Notes under the pieces: model-generated
What the model saw: the letters and a program-made list of their open reading frames with translations, nothing else
Database searches by the model: none
What the model was told of the DNA's origin: nothing
Made by a program: the position numbers and the translations under genes
In this document: positions 1-13,726 of the stretch, piece after piece
How the letters are laid out: each line of letters opens with the position of its first letter
How positions within the stretch are numbered: the first letter of the stretch is position 1
Assembly: GCF_964204645.1 (NCBI RefSeq)
Contig: NC_134026.1
Coordinates: 30,414,150 to 30,478,149, forward strand
Length of the DNA: 64,000 nt
Direction of reading: 5' to 3'
From: Tubulanus polymorphus
Lineage: Eukaryota; Animalia; Nemertea

Positions 1-950
1 CTGAACGTACTGCGGCACGCGAGGAATGTAATAATTAACAGTACAAACATAATGTTCTGTCAATCATGCGTTATAGATTTATACTCAGTTATATGCTTGT
101 TATATAAGAAAATTTATTTTCATATATATATCACCCACTATGAACTGTTTGTTCCATTCTCAAGATTCCAGAACCATGTTTAAATGTTCCGTCGCGTCCG
201 GAAAACTCGGCATTAGTTGTACGTGTATCCTGCGCCATATAAATCGTCTTTCAGTTGTTTTCAATAAAGATTTAACATTATTTTTTCACCGTATCATATA
301 AATTTCACGTGTATCGCACCCGTCCATTTTATCATCTAAAAACGGATTACAATAATACAAACACATTCTAAATACATTTAGTGAATAGTTTCTTTGAAAG
401 TTAAGTTATTCTCGGCTGTAAGAATGTTATGATAGTTGGGATAATGTGAGAATTGATATTCTTGTGAAAGATTTCTCACAAAACCTACCACAAAGCACAA
501 GTCATTTTTTGTTGGTTCGCATCGGGTATGCATTACAAAATCTTTCCTCATCTCAAGAGTGACAACACTAAATACTACAGCAGTGAACAGAATTGGATAT
601 TCCCCAGTCAAATGTCTGGTAACCGAGGATACCAAACGCCCACGCACGCGGATGTCTGACTTCAATTTCCTTAAGATCTGTTAAGTGCATACGGTTATTG
701 ACAATCGTCGTTGAAAATGTTCGATATCTTTTCGAAAAATTCACGACGACGCTTTTTTAGATCGCCTGATGATACAATACGGTCAACGATGAATCTAAAG
801 GACTTTAAACAGCAGATATGTGACAGGCGTATGATTCACTGATATCTACAGACTATGAGAGATAAAGTTCCCTCTAGATATCGTTAATATTATTCACTAC
901 ATTCAGAAATTACTTTACAGTCGGTTCAGTTTTGAGTGCAAAAATACAAC

Positions 951-2822
951 ATGGCTAGCGTTGTGGGCAAGTGGGAATTTGTTGAACATGAACAAATGGA
1001 TGAATTAGTCGCTGTTTTTCCTGAAAAGAAAGGTACATACATGATACACAGGCTCCTATTCAGCTTCTGAATGAAGCTTCTGAAATTTACACATTTGAGT
1101 GATGCGATTTTGTGTATAGATTTTAGGTAAAACGTAAAGGAGAATGAATAAACTCTGAAATGATTATTGTGATGAGGTTGAAGTTTATACTGAAGTATAG
1201 TGATGACTATTAGAATGTAGTTGAAACGTTGAATAAACTATACCAGCTCCAGGAAACATCTTCGGACTTTATATTATTTCTTTCGTTATTAATGCGGGAT
1301 TCTCTACATATCATCGCCACAACACGGATATAGATGGTTACCACCTATATAGAAGTAGAGTAAACCGCGCTTGCCACGGGTGTAATCTCGCACGGACCAA
1401 TACATTTCTTTCCGAGGAACGCGAATCCCGGGCAGTCGGAGCAGGGATAAGTCGTTTGAGAAAATGTATTTAGCCACGCGATAATCAGTTAACTGTAAAC
1501 TCACTGTTTACTGTAGATAACTTGGTGCGAGATTGAAAAGCATAAAAAATGATCATTGTTTGAAAGAATGTTCTGATTTATATTTTCAGGATTGAGCGAT
1601 GAAATGAGAGAAAAGGCTCGACAGTCTCAACCTAAATATGAAATAGAAAGAGATAATGATTATTGGATATTTAGAGCTATAATGGGTGACTTCAAACGGG
1701 AAACTAAATTCAAACTAGGCGAACCATTCCAGACATCAACTATTGATGGAAGAACCGTTACGGTGAGTAAATGAAATCCCCTATGGACACAGTTGCATCA
1801 GTTGTGACTTCAGTCTAGAAATGGTCTTTGATTACAAAACTGGTCTTAGGTTGTTAGATTGGTAATAGAAACAAGGTGGTGACTTTGCAACCGGTCCCTT
1901 AGATCTGAATCGATAGAATGGATGATTAAAACTGTAGAACTACAACGGAATACTTCTATGTTAAAACTAATACAGCGAATTTCTACTGAATTTCTTCTGA
2001 ATAACGATATTTTGTATTTATTTTTAGAGCACAGTAACGCAAGACGGTGAGAAGTTGGTGGAAAACCAAGATCACCCCGAGCTTTGTTCGACCATTGTTA
2101 GATGGGTAGAAGGAGATCATTTAATCATGGTTAGTATCGATGAGATATAGGTAGTCAGTCAGGCAGGCAGACATAAGTTCACAGCTCTTCCAAATGTTCA
2201 ATGGTTTCCTATTCTCGAAGGGAAATCGAGTGTCTGCTGAAATGTCGGTTGAGTAGGAAGTTTAACCGAGCAGACACGATCAATCATTATCCGAGATAAT
2301 TAATGTCTTCATGTAAATCCCATTGGTCGTCTATACTTGCCCTCAAATGTACTTTTGATTTTACTGAATTGAAAGGACGGGTGCAAGATTTAAGGAAGGG
2401 AAGTGCACCGCCAAGTTGACTCCAAGTTGACTCGAAGACTTTACTCAACAATATTTTGAAAAAGTATTGTCGCCTAGAAATTATTTTTGTTGCTGCCTTT
2501 TAAACCAAAAAAATAATCTATTTTCAGTAAAAAAAACAATCAGTCTTGCTAATTCTTACAAAATAAATCTGTCACTAGGCAAGGTTTTAAGCGTTTCATT
2601 AATTTTTAAATGATCAGAATCGGAAGGCAACAAACATTTATATAGTATTCCTGAATATGACCTTTAGGAAAAACTCAAAAGGTTGAATAAACTACCCCAA
2701 GCCAAAGGAAACATTTCGGACTCATCGGATTCATCAGGTTGGATTCTATATTATAATTCTTGTTGTTTCAGACGATCACGGCCAAGAACGTAACAGCCAA
2801 AGTGCGATACAGACGCTCATAA
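951..2822 (+). CDS. Fatty acid-binding protein (intracellular lipid-binding family), 4 exons: 951-1032, 1590-1762, 2028-2129, 2772-2822
   Basis: Spliced product MASVVGKWEFVEHEQMDEL...KRETKFKLGEPFQTSTIDGRTVT/STVTQDGEKLVENQD...STIVRWVEGDHLIM/TITAKNVTAKVRYRRS* has the FABP GxW and FKLGEEF/T.DGR-like motifs and the classic 4-exon FABP structure with GT-AG junctions in consistent phase. Confidence 0.9.
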
Positions 2823-3921
2823 TGTACCATTAAATAGATAGAGTAAAAATCATCCACCGGTTGTTAGTGCGCAGTGATGCTGCCGAACACAAAGCAAAAA
2901 TCTTTAAAAGAAATGAATGAAGAAATAAATAAATAGACCAATATCCTATCTAAATCTCTTTAAAACAGTTATTTCATGCTTGTGTGCTAATAATGATTTT
3001 GTTTTAAGAATATATTATGTCATAGTAAAGTCCAAAGATCCTAGTGATATGTATTATTTTCGTTTAGGTTGCAAAAGTGCTAAACAAGTTTAGACTGCAA
3101 TTTAATTAAACCCTTAAAATCCATTATTCATCGTCACTGAATGTATGAGATACTTCTTGTTTTTACTTTTTCGTGCGTCGTAGAAAATTTCTAAAAGTGC
3201 TATTACAGAAAAAATCATGTGTACGTAATATTTGTCATGTAATTATTTATTCAAATTAAATTATGAATCGAAAAGATTATAAAATGGTGTTTAATTGTGT
3301 CAATTTCACTTAAAGCACTCTGCTTCAATCCTGCTGTTATTTGTGACACTGATTTAAATTGTGGACGGCCTGGAAGGTTCCAAATTGAGACAATGGTCGC
3401 GGGATTCATTTTCCTAGCCGAGAGTATTTGACAGCACTGGGGTTGATTAAAACAAACTAACATTTGATCATTGGACGGCGCCCAGACAGAAAATTATCTA
3501 TCTTAATTAGCAGGAAATATCACAAATTCACTTTTTCATATACGCAAGCGATGCGAGCTAATATCTTTTTCGCCTCAAGCACTGCTCTTAAACTGCGATA
3601 TGCTGACGGCAGTCCAGTTTCAAACGATGGAAAAACAGTTGTGGCAGTCGCTGATGTAGAGATTTTCACGGCGCCAAGTGCCCCGCTGCAAGTGTTGTTG
3701 GTAGTTGACCGTCAAGTGCTGCCCCTAGAAATTACATTGACGGTGAATGTGTGAACTAACCCAATCAGGGATAATTCTAACTGTGGCACGCTAGTCATAA
3801 GTTAGTTCCCATATTCACCGCCAACGGTTCAGATCTGGCATTCCTACTATGGCAGCCGAGGTTTCGAGTCGGAGTAACCCCATTCACGTTCACATTATTT
3901 ACTGGCAAGCGAGGATTCAAA

Positions 3922-6900
3922 ATGGCTGCGCCCATAGTGGTGCGAATTTCCAAGTGTAGATTTTTATTATCGAACGTAAATTCACCCTCACTCAGTGGCA
4001 GTGGATTAAAATTAATACGAGATTCTTCATGCCGTACATCATTTTTGAGGAAACAAATACAAGGTACCATTTTTATGACGATTTCTGCATTTAAACCGGT
4101 TCAACAACGTATCAAAACGAACGAATTCAAATTTTATTTTATTGAACATCGTAGGCTGGAATCTGTAATTATACGCTGCAGTATCCGATATCGGCTTTTA
4201 GATACACCGGGTAATCGTTGATAATCTTAACTAGAGAAGAAAATGTTACTTTTCAGTACTTGGTGCAAGGTTTCTTAGCAATGATGCTTTGCCTTTGACG
4301 GTCGACAGTGGACAACAAAGACAGTCGCCCCTCTTGACAAAGAGGTTGCCAGCATCAAAATGTAAAAACCAACTATTCTTTGATCCTTACTTTATTCATT
4401 GGATTTTAAGCAATAGAGCATTTACAGTCATTTCATTAAGTTGAAAGATATTCAATAAAACCAACTAGGCCTATTGGATCAACTTAAAAGCATCATCCAC
4501 ATAACCTTTAATTAGCAGAATTAATTTTTAATTCAATTTCTAAATGTTTTATTTTACTGGTTCAAGTGGAAGCTCTTAAGATTGTAAAACAGAAACCTGA
4601 TCAACCAGCTAACGCTAAAATACTCAAAGTTGCCGTCATTGGTTCCCCGAATGCCGGAAAATCAACACTTACAAATGCACTCTTAAAATGGAAGGTACTA
4701 CATATTTTTTTATTTAAGAAACGTAAATAATCTGAAATATTGAAAAATGACTTAAACTCATAATAACTTATGAGTTAAATTTGGGTTTTTATTGTAGGTA
4801 TCTTCAGTGTCGAGTAAAGTGCATACGACAAGAGCTAAAATAAACGCAGTCCTCACGGAGAACGATACTCAGATTGTATTTCTGGATACTCCCGGTGTCA
4901 TCCACCCCAGTAAAATCAAAAGGTAATCACCCCATTGTCAGATATAAGTTGAAATAGTACACACAATTTTCACCTATGATCGTCATCATAATCCTAACCA
5001 TAAAAATGCATGCTCTATTTTCTAATCAGACTCGGGCAGAATTCTGATAGTCAGTTCAATCTTCGATTCACTAACCGTTTGTATTATTGTACGTTTGCAG
5101 GCACAGTTTAGAGAAGAGTTTATTGGTCGATCCTCACTACACAATAAAACAAGCCGATCTCAGTGAGTTTGTTCAAACCGGCTTAACCCGGATCAGTAAA
5201 CCGATGACGGGGTGTCCACTGGCCTGGAAACTCAGAATTAACTAGAAAAAATTGTGGAAAAGACAGGAAATTTGACAAACTTTATAAAAAAAAACTTGGA
5301 AAACTCATGAAATTTGGATATGCTTCTGTTTTGACCACAGGTTTATCAATACGTGATTTATGAAAAACTAATTTGTAGATTGGAAAAAGTGGCGTCCCTT
5401 GGTGATATCGACCAGATTTATGAGAAATCCGATTATACATTGATCTGATGAAGCTGTGTTTGTATTTGTAGTTGCAGTAGTTGTCGATGTATCAGAGACC
5501 TGGAATAGATCAGCCTTAGATCCACTGGTTTTACAATTATTACACGTCAATTCAAAAATACCATCGGTTTTAGTGTTGAATAAAGTACGTAAAAATCCAT
5601 ATGATAGGCAGAGAATGAGCAAATGTTTTACCCTATTGATCAGATGCCTACATTATATTTTCCCTAGGAAAGCTTTTTTTCATAGAGAAGTTTTGTTAGA
5701 GGAATATTGTCTTAATATGAACCCTTTCAGTGCGTCTACACCGCAGTGCGGTGTATAAATCAGTGATGGATTTTGCTAGTACACCACACTGCGGTGTATT
5801 GATGTAATTAGTAATTTGTAATTATCTCTATTGAAAAATGGCAGAAAGTGTCAAACATAGTGAAATACTAGTAACTAACGATACACCGCACTGCGGTGTA
5901 GACGCACTATAGTGGTATTCCCATTTTTCAACACACTAGGGTGGAATTTTTTAGAATTTTCAAATTTTCTCCAGCACTATAGGGTATTAATTAGTCAGCA
6001 CTGAAAGGGTTAATGTGAATGATATGTTGTATTATTGAGAGAAAACGTACAATGTAGATTTTAACAACTGCTATTGTTTTTTCTCTTTGAAAATGCAAAT
6101 CAACTCTGAAGATAGGTGGAACGATTGCACTCAAAACAATAACAGTTGTATAAATTGATATTGTGGTTATCTCTCAATGATATTCATCAAGACTGGAAAT
6201 AATCACAACTATTTACAATCATGTAAGATGTTTCTGATGAATTTTAGGTCGACCTGATGACAAAAAAGAGTACATTGTTGTGGACGACAAAGGTGCTAAC
6301 AGATAATGTCGTGGACGGGCGAAAGAACAGTTACGTAAAATCGAAGGCTGAAAAAACACCTAAAGCAAATTTAATCATGCAAAACTATGAATCATCATCG
6401 GAAGAAATTGAATCGCGGACAATAGAAACTCTAGGAGATTCTGAAAGGAAAAACAATGAACTAATTCAGCAAATTTGTGAGGAGGCGAATTTGAAGGATA
6501 GCTGGCAGGAATATTATCAAGTAATACGTAGATTAGATCAATTGTTGCAAATGAAAAGAGGCTGGCCAAACTTTCAACAAGTGTTCATGATTTCATCGAA
6601 AGAACAAGATGGGGTCGAAGATTTTAAGGTAGAAATTTAAAATTGTTTCCGTTTGAAATGTTTCAGCTTATTTCTGTAAAGATTTAGGTTAGTTCTTTAA
6701 ACTTTATTTCCAGGTAAGATCCTGGAAAAGCTGAAAAGTGCTCACTTTTTTAACTCTGCAGGAAATGTGTGGCTGTTTCTTTCAAAAAGAATTTTTGATT
6801 TTATTGCATTTTCTTGTATCATGGCTTAACTATTGGCTTAACTATGCTACAAATTCTGTTTGAATATCAATCTTTTTTTCATCAACAGGAATATTTGCTG

Positions 6901-7763
6901 TCGTGTTCCAAGCCTGGTGATTGGTTATATCACAGTAGTCTATTAACTGATCAAGATCCGTGGGAAATTGCCAAACAAAGCGTCCTAGAAAAACTGCTCG
7001 ACCACCTTCCTCAAGAGGTGCCTTATAATATTGATTTGGTAAGTGTTTGAAGTAGTAAGAGTCTACAAACAGAAATAACCAAACAAACAACGACTTCATT
7101 CTTCATATATCTGTTAACACCAATCATAAACACAGGAAATCACTAAATACATTTAATTGATTTCGAGTTCTACCTCCTTTTCGGAAAATATGCTTTTAAC
7201 TGCAGCATTATAAATCAGAAATTATTGAAGTGAAGCTATACGAAAGTTTAACTAAACGCATGGTATACAATAAGTTTTAACATGAAATCGTTCTCTATGA
7301 TTGAAATGGCTGTTCATATAACACATATAATACATAAACTCTATTCTTAAGATATGTTTAAATCTAGATTGTTTGTGAATACACTGTATGACTTATGTAA
7401 GTAAATGATGATTTTAGGATATAATTTATTGGTCTGAAGATGATGAACTGCTGAGTATTGTAATGGAATTAATCTGTAGAACGTCTCACCATATGGTACG
7501 TGTTGACATCTCTGGGGTCTTTACGTTGGTTTTTATTAGGGTGGAAAAATCCATTTCAGTCTTGCGTCAGATAAATAATTCGGTATTGAAATCATGATGA
7601 ATTATTTCGTTTTATTCAGAGATTGTGTTTAGGAAAACAAGGTGGTACGGTGCGTCAGATCTGTAAGGAAGCAAAACAAGCAGTAATGGATGCGTTTCAA
7701 AGAGAACTGAAAATGAAATTAGTCGTCAGATTAAAACCGGCTAAAGTTAAACGTCGTAAATAA
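3922..7763 (+). CDS. ERAL1: GTPase Era, mitochondrial (ERAL1-like), multi-exon
   Basis: Basic N-terminal presequence ([14 protein letters not shown]...); G1 [14 protein letters not shown] (~4630-4670), G2 [10 protein letters not shown]3 FLDTPG (~4880), G4 LNK/VD split by an intron, and a C-terminal KH-like region ([13 protein letters not shown]...[11 protein letters not shown]); stop TAA at 7761-7763. Confidence 0.92.
5210..5400. repeat. Dispersed intronic repeat shared with ~34405-34660
   Basis: Shared GGAAAACTC/GAATTTGACAAA and TGACCACA..TTTATCAA(A)TACGTGA.T.ATGAAAA motifs. Confidence 0.5.
5722..6009. mobile_element. 288-bp piggyBac-type MITE, copy 1 (ERAL1 intron)
   Basis: TIR CCCTTTCAGTGC...GCACTGAAAGGG, right flank TTAA (left TGAA), internal TACACCGCAGTGCGGTGTA palindromes; near-identical to copies at 10049 and 26759. 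Confidence 0.85.
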
Positions 7764-8757
7764 TATTGTCAATATTATATCGTTAAATAAAACAAACATT
7801 ATAAATGAATATTTCGATAAAGTCAGTAGTTTTTCCAGAAATCAATATTTCACAATCGTTGTTGGGAATTTCTAACAAGTTGTTCGGAATTGAATCAATT
7901 CCTCGCGGCAGTACTATTTTTAATCGTAATTGTGGTGACCGATGATAAATGACTGGAGGATTGGATGACTTTAAGAAATAGAGTCATTCAAGGTACGGGT
8001 ACATTATAGGCTTTACGCGATTGCCCCGGAATATCACATGACCAGCTAAGAAAATATTGAGAATTTTACTCCAATGCATGTGATTACAACTATAATAGTT
8101 TCGATTGGCCTGGCCGGAATTTGCTCGGCCCGGAGAAGATTTGTTAGTTCCGTGTTATCTAAAACCAGTGGACGAATCTATCAGGGGCAGAGCTAGGAAA
8201 ATCGGAAGGGTGGAGTATAAAGGAAAAGGAAGGGAATTTTTCGGATAAAGCAACCACAAGCGGGGTTCCATCATACGTGTTAGATTGTGAAGAAATACCT
8301 ATGAATAAGATACAATCTCCGAAGAAGAATGTCAAATTTGCGGGTTAGCGAAAAAGGGGAATCTTTAATGCCAAGCCAAATACACGTCCTAGATCCGCCG
8401 CCCGGTCTAGTTACTGTAAAGCAGTGATCTAACTCGCGATTCCCCACTGGATGACAGACGAGTTTGTGTAGAGAAATAACTGTAAGACGATAGATATTTC
8501 CCATAGAAAATAACATCTGACGATGACAAAGTGTTTAAATCACTTAACAAAAGACAACTATTAAGTTTAAAATAGTTCTACTGGATTTTCCAGTATTGCG
8601 ACGAAAGAAAACAAGTTTTTATAGATTAATGCGATATGACCTTTCAACAGAACTGTGCACTAAACGCATAACGCGTCCCCCATAAAATACATATCTATAG
8701 ACGACGTTTCATTCTCAGAGCTCAGTAATATAACATCAGGGGGATTCATTAGACGGA

Positions 8758-11700
8758 ATGGGTGACGCTTATATCTTATATTCCGGTTGGTTACAACACG
8801 ATAGGAAAGATGGCAAGGTTTGTTACTGTATTACAAACAAATAACTAGCACAACTCAGCATTTTCTGAGGAAAATAGATTTGAATAGTTAGGAAATATGT
8901 TAAACACGAATACATTCACTTTTTAGGATTGGAACGAAATTTGGGCAGTCATTAAGACGGACGGGGTGATAGGTACTTATAAAGATAACACAACTAAAGA
9001 AAATGAGGTAAAATCATGACATTTTCCCTGATTCACGAAAATAGGTGTGGAAATTTAGCTACAGAGAATTAAGTCGGATCTTTCCAGTTAATTGGACGAT
9101 TGACCTTAACGGAATCCAGTGAAGTATCATTAGTTAAGAAAAATAAGATGGTCAGAAAACAGAATTATTACGGTTTCAAGCTGGTGACAACTTACAAAAA
9201 TGCGAAAGGTGACAAGATCCACCTGAAAAACTACTTCCGAGTAAGTCATTCATAATAAACAACAGCGGACAGCAAAATCATAGATTTAGATGTAGAAACC
9301 ATAGATTATCTGTTATTCTTGAAAGTAACTGGGTTTCTTTTCAATCATTTCTAGACGAAAGAAGAATACTCAAGGAATATGTGGATTGAAAGCATATCTG
9401 CAGTTTCAAAGGTTAGGTTTTCACGTTGAAGGTAATGATATTTTCAATGATTAAGTGTCAACGGAAGTTTGATTATTTTGTTTCCAGGGGGAAGTTCAAC
9501 CTAACGCTCGTATTACCCCTGATCAGAAGATCAAACTCTATAATTATCTAGATGTAAGGCCGGAAATGTTGAAAAAAATTGCAGAAATCAGGCAAAGGAA
9601 AATGAGTTTAGATTCTACGACGGGTGTTACTAGAGCGTCAACGGTCACAACAACAGCATCGAGACCATTAGCGATGAAAGATACTAGAATGGAACGAAGA
9701 TTCACAGAATCTGATATCAAGAGACCACTGGAGTCTGCTGGTGCTGTGAGGCTGGATTTACGGGGTCGACACGCATCTTCAGAAACACCCCCTCCACTAC
9801 CGCCTGGCAGACCTGACGTATATGTACCGATAGCAGGGGCGTGCTCGAAACGATTATCAGCCTCATCAGTCTCGTCTGCTGGTAGTGTATTTTCAGGGAC
9901 GAGTGATCGTGATTCCGCTTTCGGATCGGATAGCGGCGTATTCATGGTGAATAAACCATCTATATCTTCCAGGTCGATATAAAATAGCACTCAGACTTAG
10001 AGAATCAAGATTGAGAATAGTTTAGATAAGTTTAGAGAACAATTTTAACCCTTTCAGTGCGTCTACACCGCAGTGTGGTGTATAAATCAGTGAGGGATTT
10101 TGCTAGTACACCGCACTGCGGTGTATTGATGTAATTAGTAATTTGTAATTATCTCTATTGAAAAATGGCAGCAAGTGTCAAACATAGTGAAATACTAGTA
10201 ACTAACGATACACCGCACTGCGGTGTAGACGCACTATAGTGGAATTCCCATTGTTCAACACACTAGGGTGGAATTTTTTAGAATTTTCAAATTTTCTCCA
10301 GCACTATAAGGTATTAATTAGTCAGCACTGAAAGGGTTAAAAGCTTAAGAATTGAAATTAATTTATCAAAAATTTTGAAGGGCTCTCTCTAGAGACCATC
10401 GTCACGACACACATTACTTGAAACAAGGGGTATTGGTAATACATACATGCATATATAGGAGGAGCAGTTAAAAATGAGTACATTTCTGAGGGTTTTCTAC
10501 AATTTACTCTGGGTTGATACCATCTCAAATTCAAACTCAACCGACATCGTGGAACTGTGAAACGAGATCTATTTTCAACTGATGTATCTGTATTTCAGCC
10601 ACACAAATTCTTTCGAGATCCAGAAGATAATTGTGAGGTTCCACCGTAAGTTGTTTGTCCAATAGATCATCAATTCCTGATGATGCTGAAATAAGTAAAC
10701 CTAAGAAGAATGTTATAATTTTGAATTTGCAGATGGTTCTTTGAATTGTGTTCGCGCGAGTTAGCTGAGAAAATATTGCACCGCAGTGTTCAGAAAGGTT
10801 TGGGCAATATCCTGATCAGAGAGAGTGTCAGTCGTAAAGGAAATTATAGCGCATCAATCTTGCATAAACCAGACAGGTATTTATATACATAGAAGATTAT
10901 ATCTAATAAAATCCTTATCCAGGTCCCAGATCTTGAATCAAGTCCGACTTTTAAGTCTAGTAAATCTTCGAACTGCTATTGCGAGTCACTGACCACACGC
11001 TTAGCTATTTGAGTTGACATCGGCCCATATCAGTTTGTTTATTTATTGTTTGTGTAGCGCTTGGTTACCTGAATTTAGTAAAATGAACAAATCTGATAAT
11101 TCTTTGTATTGTAATTGAATCGGACAAAGATAACGGTCCGATCATTGGCATTTCGAACATTCGAATTTTCTTAACTTTTTAAAATCTCGATATTGAATCT
11201 TTACTCTATAATAATCATGATTTCCTTTCAAAGAATTCAACACTGTGAAATTCAGAAGTTTGGACAGAATCGGTTTTGGATTGATATTGACAAAAAGGTG
11301 TGTATATCCGATAGTTTACAATAAATTGTGCAATACAATGCACTCTATCCAGGACCTTCTCCAAGAAATAACTATCTAATTATTCTAGCAATCGACAGAC
11401 CACACTAAAATATAATGTATGAATACTTCCTGGTCGTCCTTTTTAAAGATATTTAAAAAATGTCTTGAATTGAAAAAGATAGACAAGGAAGTAATCGATT
11501 TGGTATGACACTAAAAACTGGGTATAACACAGTGAAGTATTCATGCATGAGAAATGTTTAGAACGTGAATAATGTTATCCACTGATTGATAGAAATGTCT
11601 AGCATAGAAAAATTAATGTTAGGCTGTTAATGGTTCAGGATATACACGTATCCTTTCTGTAGCCTTTAAATCTATTTAGGCTAAGTATTGATACCTTGTT

Positions 11701-13001
11701 TCTCATTACTGCTGAGCTTAAAAGTTGACCGGGCAGGTCGCCCTATATCTATCCTGTTGATTAATTCTATTTCAAATCATGATCAAGTAAATCATAACAG
11801 AACCGTCAGTTATAGAAATGAATTGATTACAAATTTCATTGCGATTAACAAAAATGACCACAGCGATTAGGAGAATCAAGGTATCATTTTTAACCTTAGT
11901 ATAGTTTTCGTAAAATTGTGGAGGACCCTACGCAAATCATTCTTTTTGTTTTGTTTTAAGGATGAACGACAACTCATATGTTTATACGATGTTGTTTTAC
12001 TTCTGGTCGCAACTTTGGGAAGTGAATATTTTCCGATGCGGTCTCATCATTTGACTGAGTATGGAATCGAACCCGTTCACTACGACAGAGTCGTTGATAA
12101 AAGTAATATTTTTACAGAAGACTTTTTTCGTATTTTTATAACTATAAATTTGCTAAAAATCTCAAATATAAAAACAGAAAATAGGTCGTGATAATGCACA
12201 ATTTATCGAGTAAGATGAATAAGTAGAAAATCCCGCGATAAATCCAGAAAGGAGACGAAATGTTATGTTGTAATACTGTAACGTTTGGCATATTATCAAA
12301 AATACATAAAGAGGATTATTTCTGCTATCATCTGAAAGCCATCAACAGGCAAAGTTGCAGAAATATATACTTCACATCTAACATAACATTTGATCTGTTC
12401 TTTGAATTTTTGTACTGGGGGAGGTTCTCTAACTAAAACACTTAAACGAACAACGAAATACTGCATGATTTAAGAATAAGATTCTTGTGTATATATTTAC
12501 GTAGCAAACCAAATAGGTATATTTCAAGAAATTATGGTTTTTCTTCAGACTCGAGAGCAAAATTGGAACCACCTTTCCCTGAATTGACGAGCCCGTTATC
12601 ACCGATGGAGTTGATAGAGTCTATATATACAGAGGTAGAACCAAATCCTGATTATTCGCCCGCCGCTACCCCAGACTCAGATCTCAGTGAACCCATATTC
12701 TTCAGTCAGGATTCTAAAACGGTTTGAGTCTGCGAGTTTCCGAGTCACTTCATTAATATCAGTTCTTTTTATTTTGAAAAGAAAATGCTGAATTCGTTTT
12801 TATCATCTCATATTATTGCAGCAAGCCGAGGACGAGGAATCTTCAGAAAACGATGATTATGAAATACCGATGTCTATCAAACAAAAACATCCGTGCGCCA
12901 ATCTTCCGGATGTCCCTCGGGATGTCCCACCTGATGTCCCTCCGCCTTTACCTGCAAGAATTCGTGAACCACTTTACGTGAATACACAACCAACAAGTTA
13001 A
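8758..13001 (+). CDS. PH- and SH2-domain signalling adaptor (STAP/SH3BP2-like), multi-exon
   Basis: Spliced N-terminus MGDAYILYSGWLQHDRKDGK/DWNEIWAVI...YGFKL.../TKEEYSRNMWIESISAV is PH-like; Pro-rich linker PPPLPPGRP; exon at ~10733 WFFELCSRELAEKIL...GNILIRESVSRKGNYSASI is SH2-like; C-terminal Tyr motifs YTEV, YEIP, YVNT. Orthology not established. Confidence 0.75.
10049..10336. mobile_element. 288-bp piggyBac-type MITE, copy 2 (STAP-like gene intron)
   Basis: TTAA|CCCTTTCAGTGC...GCACTGAAAGGG|TTAA: intact TTAA target-site duplication and CCC/GGG termini. Confidence 0.88.
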
Positions 13002-13726
13002 TTAAACGAAAAAACATCTTGAAAACTGTATTCTTGGAACTATGTGGAGTGAGACAAATAGGAATAATCTAAAATAACTATATTTGAACAATATATATTC
13101 GTATCCTGCTCAAAATGTAATTGATTTAATCATTAACAATTAATACTGTTTGATTATCATTATTATAACGTCGTAACATCATCTAGTATCCGTACTATAC
13201 TCCTTAACATCTACGAGGACCAGAATCATCGAATCATTTCCGAGAATTTCACTCTGTTGTATAAATACGTGTAATGACTGCATTCACCTTAGAGATTGAA
13301 ATACATTATATGAAATCTAACTCAGGACATTTAGAATTGTGAATTTGAAAGTAAATTTTGTTGATATATTATGCTTTGATTCCACTGTATATTCGAATCT
13401 GTAAATAATACAATATTTTGAAGTAATAAATCTTGTACTTTTATAGAGATTCTTTAGTTTCAATGAGGAATTTAATTTCATGTGTCGTCGCCAAAACTTT
13501 ACCATCCGGTTTGATCGGTTATCTATTCATGCACAAGTCGCAAATGTAAACACGTCATATACTTATGTACGAGAGCGCTGAAATATATTCCTGAAATACT
13601 GATAACGTTATATCACAATTTGTCCTATATACTATACATGTATTGAAAACCACTAGTATTCTACATACTATAAACATATCGTATTGAAAAATCGTATACG
13701 ACGCGAGGTCTCAATTGTCGTATACA

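Noticed and set aside
378-665. Short standalone ORFs (also 3464-3754 and 60269-60598)
   Set aside because: No recognisable domains, non-ATG starts or no consistent splice context.
9544-9990. 148-aa minus-strand ORF
   Set aside because: Antisense shadow of a coding exon of the PH-SH2 gene; no recognisable motif.
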